A stretch of 64,000 nt of DNA from Callorhinchus milii (GCF_018977255.1 NW_024704742.1:127040001-127104000); one strand, 5' to 3'; numbered from the stretch's first letter, positions 39,791 to 53,480 are shown. Translations and numbers: made by a program. The notes: generated by a model not told the origin, from the sequence alone.

Positions 39791-41984
39791 AATGCATATG
39801 TAATTCAGATAGTTTCATCCAATGACTGGCCAGGTTGTGTTCCATGTCTTTTTGTATTCGATATCCATTCGGAGTTGTTTTATATTGGCGTCTCACTTGA
39901 ATGACCTCAGCTCCAAGGAAACTCTGCTTACTATCCCCCTCAATCCCCCAGCCCGCACCTACCTCCCTGCCCACAAAGTTGACCAATGGGAATGAAGAAA
40001 AAGCAAATATAAATACATTAATGCATAAATTAATAAAGAAAATATTAAGGGACATCCACTTCACTATCATTTCAACAAAGAAGGAACTTTTCTTGCTGTT
40101 ATCTCTTTCTATAATTTCTCCTCATCCCAAATTCAGGTTAAGTGACAACTCATCCGAATGGTTGTATGGTTTTGCTGAGCACAAATTAGCTGCCACAAAT
40201 CCAACATTACAGCATTCACTTTGTTTGTAATTCAACTCATTCTGCAAAGTGCCAGCATGAGGGGTTTGGAATCAAGAGTGGTAGAGGCTAGCGGGATCCG
40301 AGAGTGGCCGAAATCATGATCAAAAAGGAAAGTTTTACAACATCTGAGAGGAGAGTTACAGCGCACCTTTCACTTAAAATAAAATAAAAAGCAGACCCCA
40401 AAACAGTTACTGGTCAACTAAAGAATGGTAGAATATTTTTGAACCATATTCTCAAAGTTTCTCTTTGCTCCCAGACCTCCAAGAACAACACTTCAAAGCC
40501 AACATCATTACCTTTAGATCTTTGATTCTATGCTTGAGTCACTAATATCCTCCTTGATTCCACATGTGCTGAGTTTGAAATGTGTATCCACTCAATATAC
40601 AAAAAATACAGACATGCAGATTGAACTAATTGAAAAACTGATTGTATTTCATGAATCATATGACAGAACGTACCTGATGAGTCATACTTGTTGATTCCAG
40701 CCATTAGTCACAGGAACCATTTCCTTCCCAAAGATTTCATCTTTGTGACACCGAGCAACAACCAATTGTTGACTTTACTGCATAGATGCTTATTTGCTCG
40801 ACTGTCATTAATATCACAATACATATTCCTACCAAAGTAATGACTATTTCCTAGTTTAATAAAACAACGTTGACATAATGTTGACTTATTTACTCAAGGG
40901 AAATGCCTTAACATGGCTTCAAATATTGTATGTGGGTGATGTTGCCAAGGGCCAGCAATGCAAATGAGGGAATAGGAGAGTACCTAAAATGAAGCTCTAG
41001 AATACACCAACGATGTGTGTGTGTGAAACCATGCAAAGCATTTGGATGAAAGTAATAATGGGATAGGATCATAGAACAGCATCATGGAAGAAAAGCAATA
41101 GAGGGGAATGGAATGGTAAAGGTAATCAAAAATGTTCAAAGAAAATGACTCCAGCTAGAGAGTCCAGTCACAGTTTGATAGAATGTCATGCGATGGCTTG
41201 AAAGCTTTGTTGGAGATCTTGAAAAGGAAATGGTGAAAGAGGTGATAGGGTAGGTGTGTGGCAATACACATGACAAGAAAGGGAATGTTAGAAATGTAAT
41301 GGCAAGCCCCTATCTCTCAATGTGTTCTAAATAACTTTGAATAAAATAAAATGAAGACAGGTGTCCATCAGATAGCTGTTGAGGAAACTTTGAGACAAGG
41401 GATAACAGCTGCTGGAAGGCATTACCTGGAGTCTGAGTTTGTGAATACACATCCATACATTCAAGCTCCGTACCTCCAACTGGTGGAACCATTGCTCAAC
41501 GGGAAGAGACATGTGCCCAAGCTTTGGGCAGGAAGATGGTTGCCCTCCACCTAGTGAGGGCTCAGACCCACGTTTGTCGAATATTCAATGACCAACTAAT
41601 GACTATCCTCTTTGGAGGGAGGTAAGTGGAGTTTCCTTGGAATTGAACTGGCTCCAAGGTTACATGTTTGGCAATGGAATGTCAGAATCCAGTCAACCCT
41701 CTGTGGTGGTTTCAGTTCCTGAGGATGATCTGCTGTATTCCAGGGCACAGCCAGCCTGGCTCACTTGCAGGCCTTTGAAGGGCAGACCAGTCACGGGGGC
41801 AGCAATTTTCCCACTTAGTTTCTCTTAACCCTGTAAACCAAAGCCTTTTATTCAAATACATATCTCGGGAATTTTCATGTGTAGTTGAGATGCATTGAAC
41901 TCCCAACTTGGTTTGGATACTCTTAAACATGGGGTTAGATTCCTGCAGGTCTCAGACACCCAACTGACCCCCCAAAAAATTGTT

Positions 41985-42205
41985 GTTCACTTCATGGCTG
42001 TTTATTGGACATTGCTGTGTGCAAATCGGTTGCAGTATTTGCCTTCAAAAATCCAGTCAGTACACTTTAGAGTGAATCAACAACAACAAATTATATTTCT
42101 ATAGCACCTTTCATGCCAGGAGGATGTCCCAAAGCTCAGGAATTCTGTGAAGCACTTTAAGACATCCTCCTGTTTTGAAAAGCGCTGTATCAAATTCAAG
42201 AATTC
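41985..42205 (+). mobile_element. SINE 3' part with an inserted antisense L2 tail (~42078-42139)
   Basis: SINE tail is split by CAACAACAACAAATT...GGAGGATGTCCCAAAGC. Confidence 0.65.
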
Positions 42206-43819
42206 TTAGAATTATGAAGATCATGACAAAAATCGTTTTTGTGTATCTTCTGCTGTCTATCGCCAGGGCAGTTTTCCTTCTCATCAGTTAATCTGCAGTT
42301 AATCTTCATCTTCTTTAAACGTTTCACAGGTGCAATTTCAGCAAATGCATTCTGAAAACTCAAGTCAGCTGTGTCTGTGAAATAACATTCCTCTTCAAAT
42401 GCAGTTATCTCCTCAAACATTTATGGATTTGTGATTTGAAATCTGTCACATATTACTTCTAATTTTATACTGATACCGTTTTATAGGCTCACTCAGTGGT
42501 TTTTAAATGAACATTGACAAAAACATGCAAGCATTGCCTTCACTATCAATTTCAGATTAGCTGGATGACAATAATGCCTTATATGTTAATTATTTGCTTA
42601 AATATTATTAAAGAATGCAATTTCTGCTACTTTTTTTTACCTTATATGGATTAGATTCCTAACGGAATATTGGAATGGCTATTAATTCTATCCAGCATTG
42701 ATTCTATCTAATAATTCAGAATTGTGAATTATTAGTATTAAAATTATTTTTTGTAATGTAAAGTTATACTCAATTTACAGATCATAGTACCTATTAGGAG
42801 TTGAATGAGCAGAACAAAAGGTGTCTGGCAGGTTTCCTGGTTACAATAGAGGGGCTTGCAGACACAGAGAGGGAGAGAACCACAGAGACAGGCATTATAA
42901 TCAAGGAAAGAGATAGCTATTTTTATACTTGTATAGCTTGCTTAACCAAGCCTCATCATTCACTTCGCAATAATGTACCAAATCTGGGTTTTCTCAGCCC
43001 ACAGGTGACAATGTAGAAGTTCTTGAAAATTTTGAAGATTAATTTTTGTGTTTGCTGAGAGTTTATGCTTTCTCATGTTCAATGTTAATATGGTTATCCT
43101 GCTGTCCACAATAGAAAAGATATGCTTCTCTGCTTCCTCCAACTCCCTTGGCTCCCTGCCCCTGCTGCCCTGTCTACACACTCAACCTTTACACACTTTT
43201 GACCCCTCTTCCTTCTTGTCCCTCATCTCCCATACGAAACCCATCACCTGCTCGTTTGACCCAATTCCCACACAGCTCCTGTCCTCTCAGCTGTCACTTC
43301 TCCCTCCACCCCCCACTCCTTGCAGGATGACAATATCAAACTCTCCCTTTCAAATCGGCCATCATTACACCCCCCCCCCTATCCCACCCACCGCCTTTTT
43401 TAAAAAAACACTTAGGCCAGACCCCGCCCACCGCTCCAGCTGTCATCCTTTTTCTCCTCTCCAAGGTGCTGAAACAATTTGTCGCTTCCCAACTCTGTTC
43501 CTTTCTCTCCGTCCATTCCCAGTGTTGATTTGGGGCACAATTGCTGCCCCAGCAGATATCTGTGAATTAGGAGTTGATTCCTAGTTAAAATGGGTGGGCA
43601 GCAGTCCTCTTGGCTCAGGCGCAGTTTGGCGCTGTTCTGTATAAACTCACTCACTGTATAAAATCATACAGCCTGACAAAGCGCTTGGAGCCTGATTACA
43701 AACTGTACTGCAAGATACTATGAGCCTGATATGATAAGATACTATGGCTGAGAGGTTTATCATTAGGATTCTCGAGTAAACCAGAGCTCAGCAAGTCCTG
43801 TCTTCTCTGGGGGTTCTTA

Positions 43820-44103
43820 TCCCAGGCAGGGCAAAATTCCAGGCAGGGCGAAACCTTGGGCAAGTTTCCTTACTCCACACAGAGCCTAATAATAATCCCT
43901 ACAAAACCAAAAACAATAAGAAATTGGTCATTTTCAATCAACGACTGTTTGTGGGACATTGCTGTGCGCAATTGGCTGCCGCGTTCGCCCACAAATATAC
44001 AGTCAATTCACTTTACAGTGTGTTCTCTGAAGCGCTTTGGGACGTCCTCCCGATGTAAAAAGCGCTATATCAAATGCAAGGATTATTATTATTATTATTA
44101 TTA
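43820..44103 (+). mobile_element. SINE, short subfamily, 5'-truncated
   Basis: Near-identical to the copies at 7060 and 55580. Confidence 0.9.
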
Positions 44104-44124
44104 TCGGTGGCTTATCCAAAGGAC

Positions 44125-44985
44125 CAAACTGTCCTCTGCAGAGAACAAACTTCCTCCAGTTGAATGTCAACAAGACTGAGGTCCTCCTGCTTGGCTCCCG
44201 TCAACACCTCCAAATTTTGGGCACTGACAGGATCATGCTTGATGGATGCAATCTACACCTCACGGAGCCAATACAGAGCATCCTGTTTGACCCTCAACTG
44301 TCCTGCATTCCCCACATCCATGCTATGGCCCGCTCTGCCTTTCCCCACCTCCGCAACATTGCCCATCTCTGCCACTGTGTCTCATCGCAGGCCACCAAGA
44401 CCCTCATCCACGCTGGACATCACATCTAGGCTAACCCCCTGCCTCCCCAACACCTCTCTCCACAGGCTGCAGGTCATCCAGAACTCTGCAGCCTGTGCCC
44501 TCTCCCGCACCAGGCTCTGTGACCCTATCACTCCCATCCTCACCTGGCTCCACTGGCTCCCCACCACTCAGAGGATACAGTTCAAGATCCTGGTCCTCCA
44601 TGGCCTTGCTCCTCCCTTCCTCTGTGATCTCCTAACCGCTAACAACCTGTCCGCTCCCTCTGCTCCATGGACTGGCCTGCTCCAAGTCCCCCGACTTACC
44701 CCCTCCACCATTGGCAGGTGGGCCTTCAGCCTCTCTGTCCCCACACTCTGAAACTCCATCCCACAGTCCCTCCATCTTGCCCCCTCCCTTGCCTCCTTAA
44801 AGACCCATTCAAGACCCTCCTCTTCAATCGTGCCTTCGTTCACCCTCCTACCCCTACCCTCTTCACCCTCCACTCCTCCTGATCCTAACCACCAGCTCGG
44901 GTGCAGAATCTTGACTCTCCAGTGTCTTGGACATTCTCCTGACATGAAGCGTGCTGTACAAATATAATTTGTTGTAGTTGTTGAT
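44125..44985 (+). mobile_element. L2 3' region
   Basis: NFLQLNVNKTE, QVIQNSAA, LHWLP...RIQFKIL, tail. Confidence 0.9.
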
Positions 44986-45784
44986 TTTCTCTACCTGGGG
45001 CCCCGGGCACTCCAGCTTGCCAATTACTGTTATTCAGCACAAAAAAGCTGCCCTGAGATATCTTACACTCAAGCAATGAGCCCATGAGAGCCTGGTTTGG
45101 CCACTTTTTTTCTCTGCTTGGACTTGTTGAGGTCCTTCAGATCAATGATGAATCAGATCTGGACCCACTTGTATATGGCACCTCATTGCCAATGGGAATG
45201 TGCTTTCCTCTCCACTCCTTGGGCTGCTTGAGCTTCCATAATCCAACTTGGCTTCCATAGCCTTTGCATTTTTTGCCACTCCAGGTGTTTCTCCCGGCCC
45301 CACTGAAACCATCTCATGCTCCCCAGGGACCACAGACCATGATTTGGGAACCGATGCCTTCATGAAAAGAAATAAAATGAGTTAAACTACGAAAGAAAGG
45401 GAAGGGAGAACATTTAAAACAAAAAATTGGCAGGAAAAACAAACTGCTCATATTATGCTGGTAGGATACAGGCTGACTTCCATGATTTCCCAAGTGCAAA
45501 GATTACTTTCTTGAACAGAGTGGTTGAATGAGTTGAAATGTTCAATCGTGACTTCCAGTGGCATTTTGTTTTCAGGCTGTTTCCTGGCCAAAAGAAGGCT
45601 CAAAATGTTCAACCAAAGATTAGAATAAGAAACTCCAGCCACAAAATGGCCATTGTTGGCTGGATCATAGTTTGTTTACAAATCTATTAGCAAACAAATT
45701 TGCTCATCTCACAATTTTATTCTCAAAATGAAAGTCACAATTCAGCACGACGAACTCAGGTTTGCAAATACCACATTTTAATAT

Positions 45785-46150
45785 TAATTATCTTTGCATT
45801 TGATGTAGCAGCTTATCATGTTGTTGAGACATCTCAAAGCTCTTCACGGAATACACTGTAAAGTGGATTGACTGTGCATTTTGCAGGCGAAACGCAGCAG
45901 CCTACAGTGACCTACAAACAGTCGTGGATTGAGTGACCAAATTATTATTTTTTTCAATTATTTTTTAAAGAGATTATCAAGCCCGGAGAGCAATCCGCCA
46001 ACCAGCTAACAACTGGGTTCCTATTTACTGCTTGGTAAATAAAGGAGTGTGGAGTAAGGAAACATGCACAAGGTTTTGACCTGCCCAGGAATAGAACCCG
46101 GGTCCTCTCGCATACGAGGTGAGTGCTCTAACCAATATGCTCCTACAGGA
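45785..46150 (-). mobile_element. SINE, full length, long subfamily
   Basis: Head, internal segment and tail present. Confidence 0.82.
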
Positions 46151-47529
46151 CTTTCAGACACACATTGTCGGCAAAATATGTAAAGAGAAAGGAAAGGAGC
46201 AAGGAAGTCAAGTATTTTAATGTTCTTGGCAATGATGCATCACAGTCTAATTTTCTCTGAAGTGCCCCAACCACCGTGATTGGAATTATGATGCACAAAA
46301 ATGCTGGATAGAGAGGCAGCCACTGTTTCCAGCTAATCCATTGTAGGGAACATAGGTTAAAGTGCAAGCCAGTTCCTAAATCATAATCACTCTTACTACA
46401 GTCATGAGAAAGATCACGCTTTGTTGCTTTGGCTTTCTGCTGCCCACGAGCTGAAAGAAGTATAAGAGACTGTTAAGCTAGGTCCTGGAATAATAACTGC
46501 CTTGCGCAACTAGGCATGGAATGGATCCTCCTGAAACAACTCCAAGGGCAAAGTCACTGCCACAAATTATTTAAATCCATCGTGCCATGTGACCTGCTTA
46601 GAGATTGATAATCTGTGTTCTTCATCTGAATAAATTGAACTAAATGTATTCAAATGTGTTCAACTCTCCTCTGAATTTGTGATGCAAATCAGAGGCTCAA
46701 AGACTGTCCTGCAAGTGTTAGGTTGAGAAGTCCACAAGCAGAAAATAATTGACCATATGCTTTTTAAATAAAATTGAATATAATAAATAAAATTGAATGC
46801 ATGTTGAATATATTCTATAATAGAATATATTCAACATACATGTTAGTTGTTGGTACCAAATATTTAACACTGGGACAGCACCAATTCTCATCTTCCAGGG
46901 AATCCTCGATACCAACAATCTCTCTGATATCAGATATTCTGAGATTATATCAGAATCTCCAAAACACTGACTATCCAGCATCTTGGGACTTCCTCCCGAC
47001 ATGAAAGGTACTATACAAATGTAATTTTGTTGTTGTTGTTGTATATGCTCCCCCACCCCCCACCCCTCCACCTCAACTCATAAATGTTTGAGTTTTGATT
47101 ATTTGGTAAATGTTAGCCCTATAATAACCATGGAAGGAATTTAAATGGCTAAATGTGAGCAGCATAGATTTGGTGGCAGATTAAATAGGCTTGTTATCCT
47201 TCCAACAGTAAATCACACCGACTGTCGCTGTAATTCTCCAGAGACAAGTCACAAGCCCTGGCATGTGCAATCAATTAAAGTTATATTTTGATAGATCTCT
47301 GGAGAATTCATATTCAAGGCAACAACTGAAAAATAAATACGGGCTCTGTGAGATTGGTAATAATATGCTGCGAAGTGACAATTTTATTTTGTTGAAGTAG
47401 ATGAAGCAGCAAACACATTTAAATCAAATTATCTGCAGTTTTTTTTTAACTTCCAATAGACTTAGTTCAATCTAGAAATTAGCACACAAACCAATACCAT
47501 AGCATTCATGATAACAAAACACCAGCCAG

Positions 47530-47655
47530 TCATAGAATCTTACAGCACAGAAGGAGGTCATTTGGCCCATTATGCCTGTGCCAGCTCTTTGAAAGAGCTA
47601 TCCAATGAGTCCCACTCCCCCACTCTTTCCCCATAACCTTGCAATATTTTCCTCC
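47530..47655 (-). mobile_element. CR1-type 3' end
   Basis: CATAGAATCTTACAGCACAGAAGGAGG is reverse-similar to 22375-22402. Confidence 0.75.
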
Positions 47656-48244
47656 AGAATGTCTGACAATTACTTACTACAGTTACGAAAACATGAAATG
47701 AGTAAAGGTCCTCCATTGCATCAAGCCTGTTACTTCTGCAGACAATGTGGGACGTAATCTACCTTGTTCTACTCCAGTTACAGTATTTAAAATCCTGCAG
47801 AACATTCTGCAAAAATATTGCCTTATCTCCAAAGGTAATTAAGAGAAATGTACAACATCAATTCACTCCTAATGTTCAATCCTGTCGTGTTGATCCTCCA
47901 CAGATGAGCACCCTCCATCTTCAGCGGCATTGGGACCGCTGATGATGATGGAGGGTGTTCATGAATATTTGTTGCCTTAAGATTTAATTCCTATAACCTT
48001 CAAATCTGTTCTCAACCAGATATTTATGAAGCAGTTTTTGAAGAAGTTAATCAACACAGCCTCATTTGTTTTTGCTGTGTCTGCTCCACATATCCAACTG
48101 TTCTCTGGGGTCATTTCTTTCAATCCCACTTTTCATTCGAAGTTTGCTAAATTTGAATGTGTCATTAATTTTTCCCTCTGATTTTCTTGCTGCCCTGTTC
48201 CTCTCCTGCAGATGTCTTGATTTATTATTCTAGTTCCAAAGAGA

Positions 48245-48726
48245 GGCTGTTTACCTCGCAGTAAGCAGGATCCCGATTGTTAGTCGATTGGAAGATCACT
48301 TTTCAAAAAAATTAATTAAAAAAACGAATGGTCACTCAATCCACGACTGTTTGTGGGACAATTGGCTGCAGCGTTTCGCCCACAAATATACAGTCAATTC
48401 ACTTCACAGAAAATTCTGTGAAGCGCTTTGGAATACATTAGAATATACAGCACAGAAACAGGCCATTCGGCCCAACTGGTCTATGCCGGTGTTTACGCTC
48501 CACATGACCCTCCTCCTGCCCTTTCCTCAACTAAGCCTTCAAGCATAACCTTCGATTCCTTTCTCCCTCGTGTCCCTATTTAGCTTTCCCTTAAATACAT
48601 CTGTGCTGTATCTATATCGATATCTGTATCTATGCCTCAACAGCTCCTTGTGGCAGCAACAGTAGCTTTGAGACGCCTCAGCGACGTGACCGGGCGCTGT
48701 ATAAAATGCAGTGGGTGTTATTATTA
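48245..48726 (+). mobile_element. SINE (long form) with a nested antisense CR1-type 3' end (~48431-48664)
   Basis: SINE tail broken at GCTTTG (48425-48430) and resumed at GCTTTG (48665-48670). Confidence 0.7.
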
Positions 48727-48749
48727 AGGGCTGCACACAGTCCCTGTCA

Positions 48750-49330
48750 GCAGCAGTTGCTGGTGCCAGATGTGCACGTGGCTCAGGTCACCCACGTGGC
48801 CCGAGCCCACGCTCTCCAGCGGGACCCTCCGGCACGTGCACCACCAGCCCAGAGCCGTGGGAACCGGCCCCTCGCGTCACCACTTGATGGACAGCCACGG
48901 CGACCAACCGCAGGCAGGAAGGCGGGGTCCACGGCCATGCAAATTAGGCGCGTCCGGCCAATCAGATTGTGACGGAGGCGGGGCGAGCGCGGGAGGGTGG
49001 GGGGCGGGGTCTGTGGAGGCCGCTGTCGCCTGACAACAGGCCGGAAGGAATGCTTGTGTACGGAAGCCGGCGCCCGTCAAGCGGCACCGCGAAGGCGGAC
49101 GAGGGGTGGGGGTCAGGCTCGTGCGTCTGGCGAACCGAACCCGAGCCTGAGGTGAGAGGTGACGCGGCTGTGGCCGCTGGCGGTGTGTCCCTGAGGAGGG
49201 TGTGGGGCAGAGAGGCCGCGGCTCCGCCTGTCGCTGTGTGAGGAGGGTGAACCCACACTGTCTGACTGACTGACTGACTGACTCGCTCTCTCTCTCTCTC
49301 TCTCTCAGGCTCCGCGCTGACACCTCCCAA
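48750..49330 (+). promoter_or_regulatory. Second CpG-island promoter, probably driving a plus-strand gene
   Basis: CACGTG at 48775, 48793, 48833; ATGCAAAT 48937-48944; CCAAT 48958-48962; GC boxes; CGGAAG at ~49042 and 49061; downstream donor GAG|GTGAGA. Confidence 0.75.
49040..49151 (+). other. Candidate first exon of an unidentified plus-strand gene (start approximate)
   Basis: Ends at GAG|GTGAGA (GT 49152-49153) directly after the promoter motifs. Confidence 0.55.
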
Positions 49331-49390
49331 TGAGTTTGAGCAACGAGTTCAAAAGAAACAGCTCAACAGAGAACCCTCGACTCATCAGCT
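49309..49390 (+). other. Candidate second exon (82 nt) with an ATG at 49330 (MSLSNEFKRNSSTENPRLIS, phase 1)
   Basis: Preceded by (CTGA)n branch-point-like repeats, a (CT)n tract and CAG (AG 49307-49308); followed by GTGAGT at 49391. Implied intron 157 nt. Peptide not recognised. Confidence 0.45.
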
Positions 49391-49532
49391 GTGAGTTGTG
49401 CCCTCACTGACTCACTCACTCACTGACTCACTCACTGACTCACTGAGGCTCAGGCTCCCAACTGCTCCCACTGCTGCTGCTCTGTAAAGGTATGAAGCCG
49501 CTGTGAATCTTAGTGAGTGAGTAACTGAGTGT

Positions 49533-50251
49533 GACAGACACACACACACACAGACAGACACACACACACAGACAGACACACAGACAGACACACACACAGA
49601 CAGACACACACACACAGACAGACACACAGACAGACACACACACACAGACAGACACACACAGACAGACAGACACACACACACACAGACAGACACACACACA
49701 CACACACACACAGACAGACACACACAGACAGACACACACAGACAGACACACACACAGACAGACACACACAGACAGACACACACACACACACACACACACA
49801 GACACACACACACACACAGACAGACACACACACAGACAGACAGACAGACACACACACAGACAGACACACACACAGACAGACACACACACAGACAGACACA
49901 CACACACAGACAGATACACACACACACAGACAGACACACACACAGACAGACACACACACACAGACAGACACACACACAGACAGACAGACACACACACACA
50001 CAGACAGACAGACACACACACACAGACAGACACACACAGACAGACACACACAGACAGACACACACACACAGACACACACACACAGACAGACAGACACACA
50101 CACACACACACAGACAGACACACACACACAGAGACAGACACACACACACACACAGAGACAGACACACACACACACGGAGACAGACACACACAGACAGAGA
50201 CAGACACACACACAGACAGAGACAGACACACAGAGACAGACACACACACAG

Positions 50252-50282
<31 letters not shown>

Positions 50283-51057
50283 GACACACACAGACAGACA
50301 CACACACAGACACACAGAGACAGATACACACACAGACACAGAGACAGACACACACACACACAGACACACACACACAGAGACACACACACACAGAGACACA
50401 CACACACACAGAGACACACACACACATACAGACACACACACACAGACACAGACACACACACACACATACAGACACACACAGAGACAGACACACACACAGA
50501 CATACAGACACACACACAGACATACAGACACACACACAGAGACACAGACACATACAGACACACACACACAGACATACAGACACACACACAGAGAGAGACA
50601 CACACAGACATACAGACACACACATACACACACACACAGACATACAGGCACACACACACACAGACATACAGACCCACACAGACACACAGACCTACACAGT
50701 CACAGAGACATACAGAGACAGACACACACAAACAGACGCACAGTGACACACACACAGACAGAGACACACACAACACAGACACACACACACAGGGACACAG
50801 ACACAGACAGACACACACGCAGACAGACACCACACACAGAGACAAACACACAGATGCAGACAGTCACAGAGACACACACAGGCACAGTTACACACAAAGA
50901 CACACACACAGACAGAGAGAGAGAGACACACACAGACATACACGCATATAGACACGCACAGACTCAGACACACGCACATAGAGAGAGACACACACACACA
51001 GACTCAGAGACATACACACTCAGATACACACACACAGACACACACGCATAGACACAT

Positions 51058-51088
<31 letters not shown>

Positions 51089-53480
51089 CACAGACACACA
51101 CACACAGACAGAGAGACACACAAACACAGACAAATACACACAGAGACACACAGACAGAGAGACACACACACAAACACAGACACATACACATGGAGACACA
51201 CACACACACAGACAGACAGAGAGACACACACACACAAACACAGACACATACACACAGAGACACACAGACCGACACACAGATACAAACAGTCACAGAGACG
51301 AAGAGAGAGACCGAGACACACACACACAGACAGAGAGAGACCGAGACATACCCACCCAAAAAGACACACACACACAAAGACACAGAGAGAGACACACAGA
51401 CACACACACATATAGACACACACAGACACACACACACAGACAGAGACACACACACACAGACAGCAACATACACGCAGAGACGCACACGCAGAGACGCAGA
51501 GAGAGACAAGCACACAGACACACACGCAGAGACACACACATACACACACATTAACATTAACAGACACACACACGCGCATAGACACATATACAGAGACACA
51601 TATACACAGACACACACAAACAGAGAGACACGCACACAAACAACACAGATACACACAGAGACACACAGACAGAGATGCACACACACAGACGCGCACACGT
51701 GAGAGCGAGACCGAGACACACACACAGACACAGAGAGAGAGAGAGACACACACAGACAGACAAACACCTAAACACAGAGAGAGAGACAGACAGACACAGA
51801 CGACAGAGACACACACATAGAGACACAGAGAGAGAGACACACAGACAGAGAGAGAGAGAGAGACACATACGCAGATACGCACAGAGACACACGCAGACAC
51901 ACACACACAAAGGCACACACACAAAGACATGGAGAGACAGACACACACAGAGACAAACACACACAGAGACACCCAGACACACACACCCAGAGACACAGAC
52001 ACAAAGACACGGAGAGAGAGCCACACACAGAAACACCCAGAGACGCGCAGACACACACACGCGCAGACACACACACGCGCAGATACACACATGCGCAGAC
52101 ATGCATCGATACATACACCCAGACAGACACACCCAGAGAGAGAGAGACACGCAGAGACAGACAGACACACGCAGAGGCAGACAAACCCACGCGCAGACAG
52201 ACAGACCCACGCGCAGACAGACAGACCCACGTGCAGACAGGCAGGCAGACAGACACACACTGAGACAGACACACACAGAGACAGACAGACACACACACAC
52301 AGACACATGCAGAGACACACACGCAGGGACACAGACACAGAGAGCGAGAGACTGTGACATAGACACAGACACACACAGCCAGAGATACACAGAGAGACAC
52401 ACACACAGTAACACACACAGACACATGCAGAGACACACACACAGACACAGAGAGCACTGTGACACAGACAGACACACAGACACACACAGACAGAGATACA
52501 CAGAGAGACACACACACAATGACACACACACACACTCACAGAGACACACACACCCACACAGACACACACACCCACACAGACACACACACCCACCCAGAGA
52601 GACACACACCCACACAGGGAGACACACACCCACGAAGAGAAACACACATCCATGCAGAGAGACACAGACACCCGCAGAGACAGAGAAAGAGACACACACA
52701 CACACAGACAGACACAGAGATAGATGCACACACACAGAGACAGACGCACACCCACAGAGACAGATGCACACACACAGACAGACGCACCCACACAGACAGA
52801 CGCACAGACAGACAGACAGACAGACACAAGACACAGAGACAGACAGACACAGAAACAGACACAGACAGACAGACACAGACAGACACACACACGCACAGAG
52901 ACACACACGCGCAAGAGCAGACATGGGCGGGCGTGCATAGACCCACGTGCGGGCGCGGGAAGACACCCACGCCCAGAGACACACCCACGCCCAGAGACAC
53001 ACCCACGCCCAGAGACACACCCACGCCCAGAGACACACCCACGCCCAGAAACACACCCACGCCCAGAGACACACCCACGCCCAGAGACACCCCCACGCCC
53101 AGAGACACACCCACGCCCAGAGACACACCCACGCCCAGAAACACACCCACGCCCAGAGACACACCCACGCCCAGAAACACACCCACGCCCAGAGACACAC
53201 CCACGCCCAGAGACACACCCACGCCCAGAGACACACCCACGCCCAGAAACACACCCACGCCCAGAGACACACCCACGCCCAGAAACACACCCACGCCCAG
53301 AAACACACCCACGCCCAGAGACACACCCACGCCCACAAACACACCCACGCCCAGAGACACACTCACACACAGGCGCGCACACACGCAGAGGGACACAGCA
53401 CGCGCTCACGGAGGCACACAGCGCACATGGAGGGGCACGGTGCACGCAGACAGACAGCACCACACACATACAGACACACA
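49533..53480. repeat. ~3.9-kb compound (CA)n/(CAGA)n/(GA)n low-complexity satellite
   Basis: Directly visible; plus strand almost T-free; source of the long TH/VC-rich ORFs. Confidence 0.97.
52963..53358. repeat. 18-bp minisatellite ACACCCACGCCCAGA(G/A)AC, about 22 copies
   Basis: Directly visible; 22 TPTPR(D/N)-type units in the translated frame. Confidence 0.95.

Noticed and set aside
42196..42420. 74-aa minus-strand ORF with a faint hAT-transposase flavour
   Set aside because: No diagnostic motif; needs BLASTX.
48937..48944. Octamer as a sign of an snRNA gene
   Set aside because: No recognisable snRNA body nearby; context fits an mRNA-type CpG promoter.
52963..53358. CRISPR-like appearance of the regular repeat
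   Set aside because: Head-to-tail units without unique spacers, no cas genes, vertebrate context.
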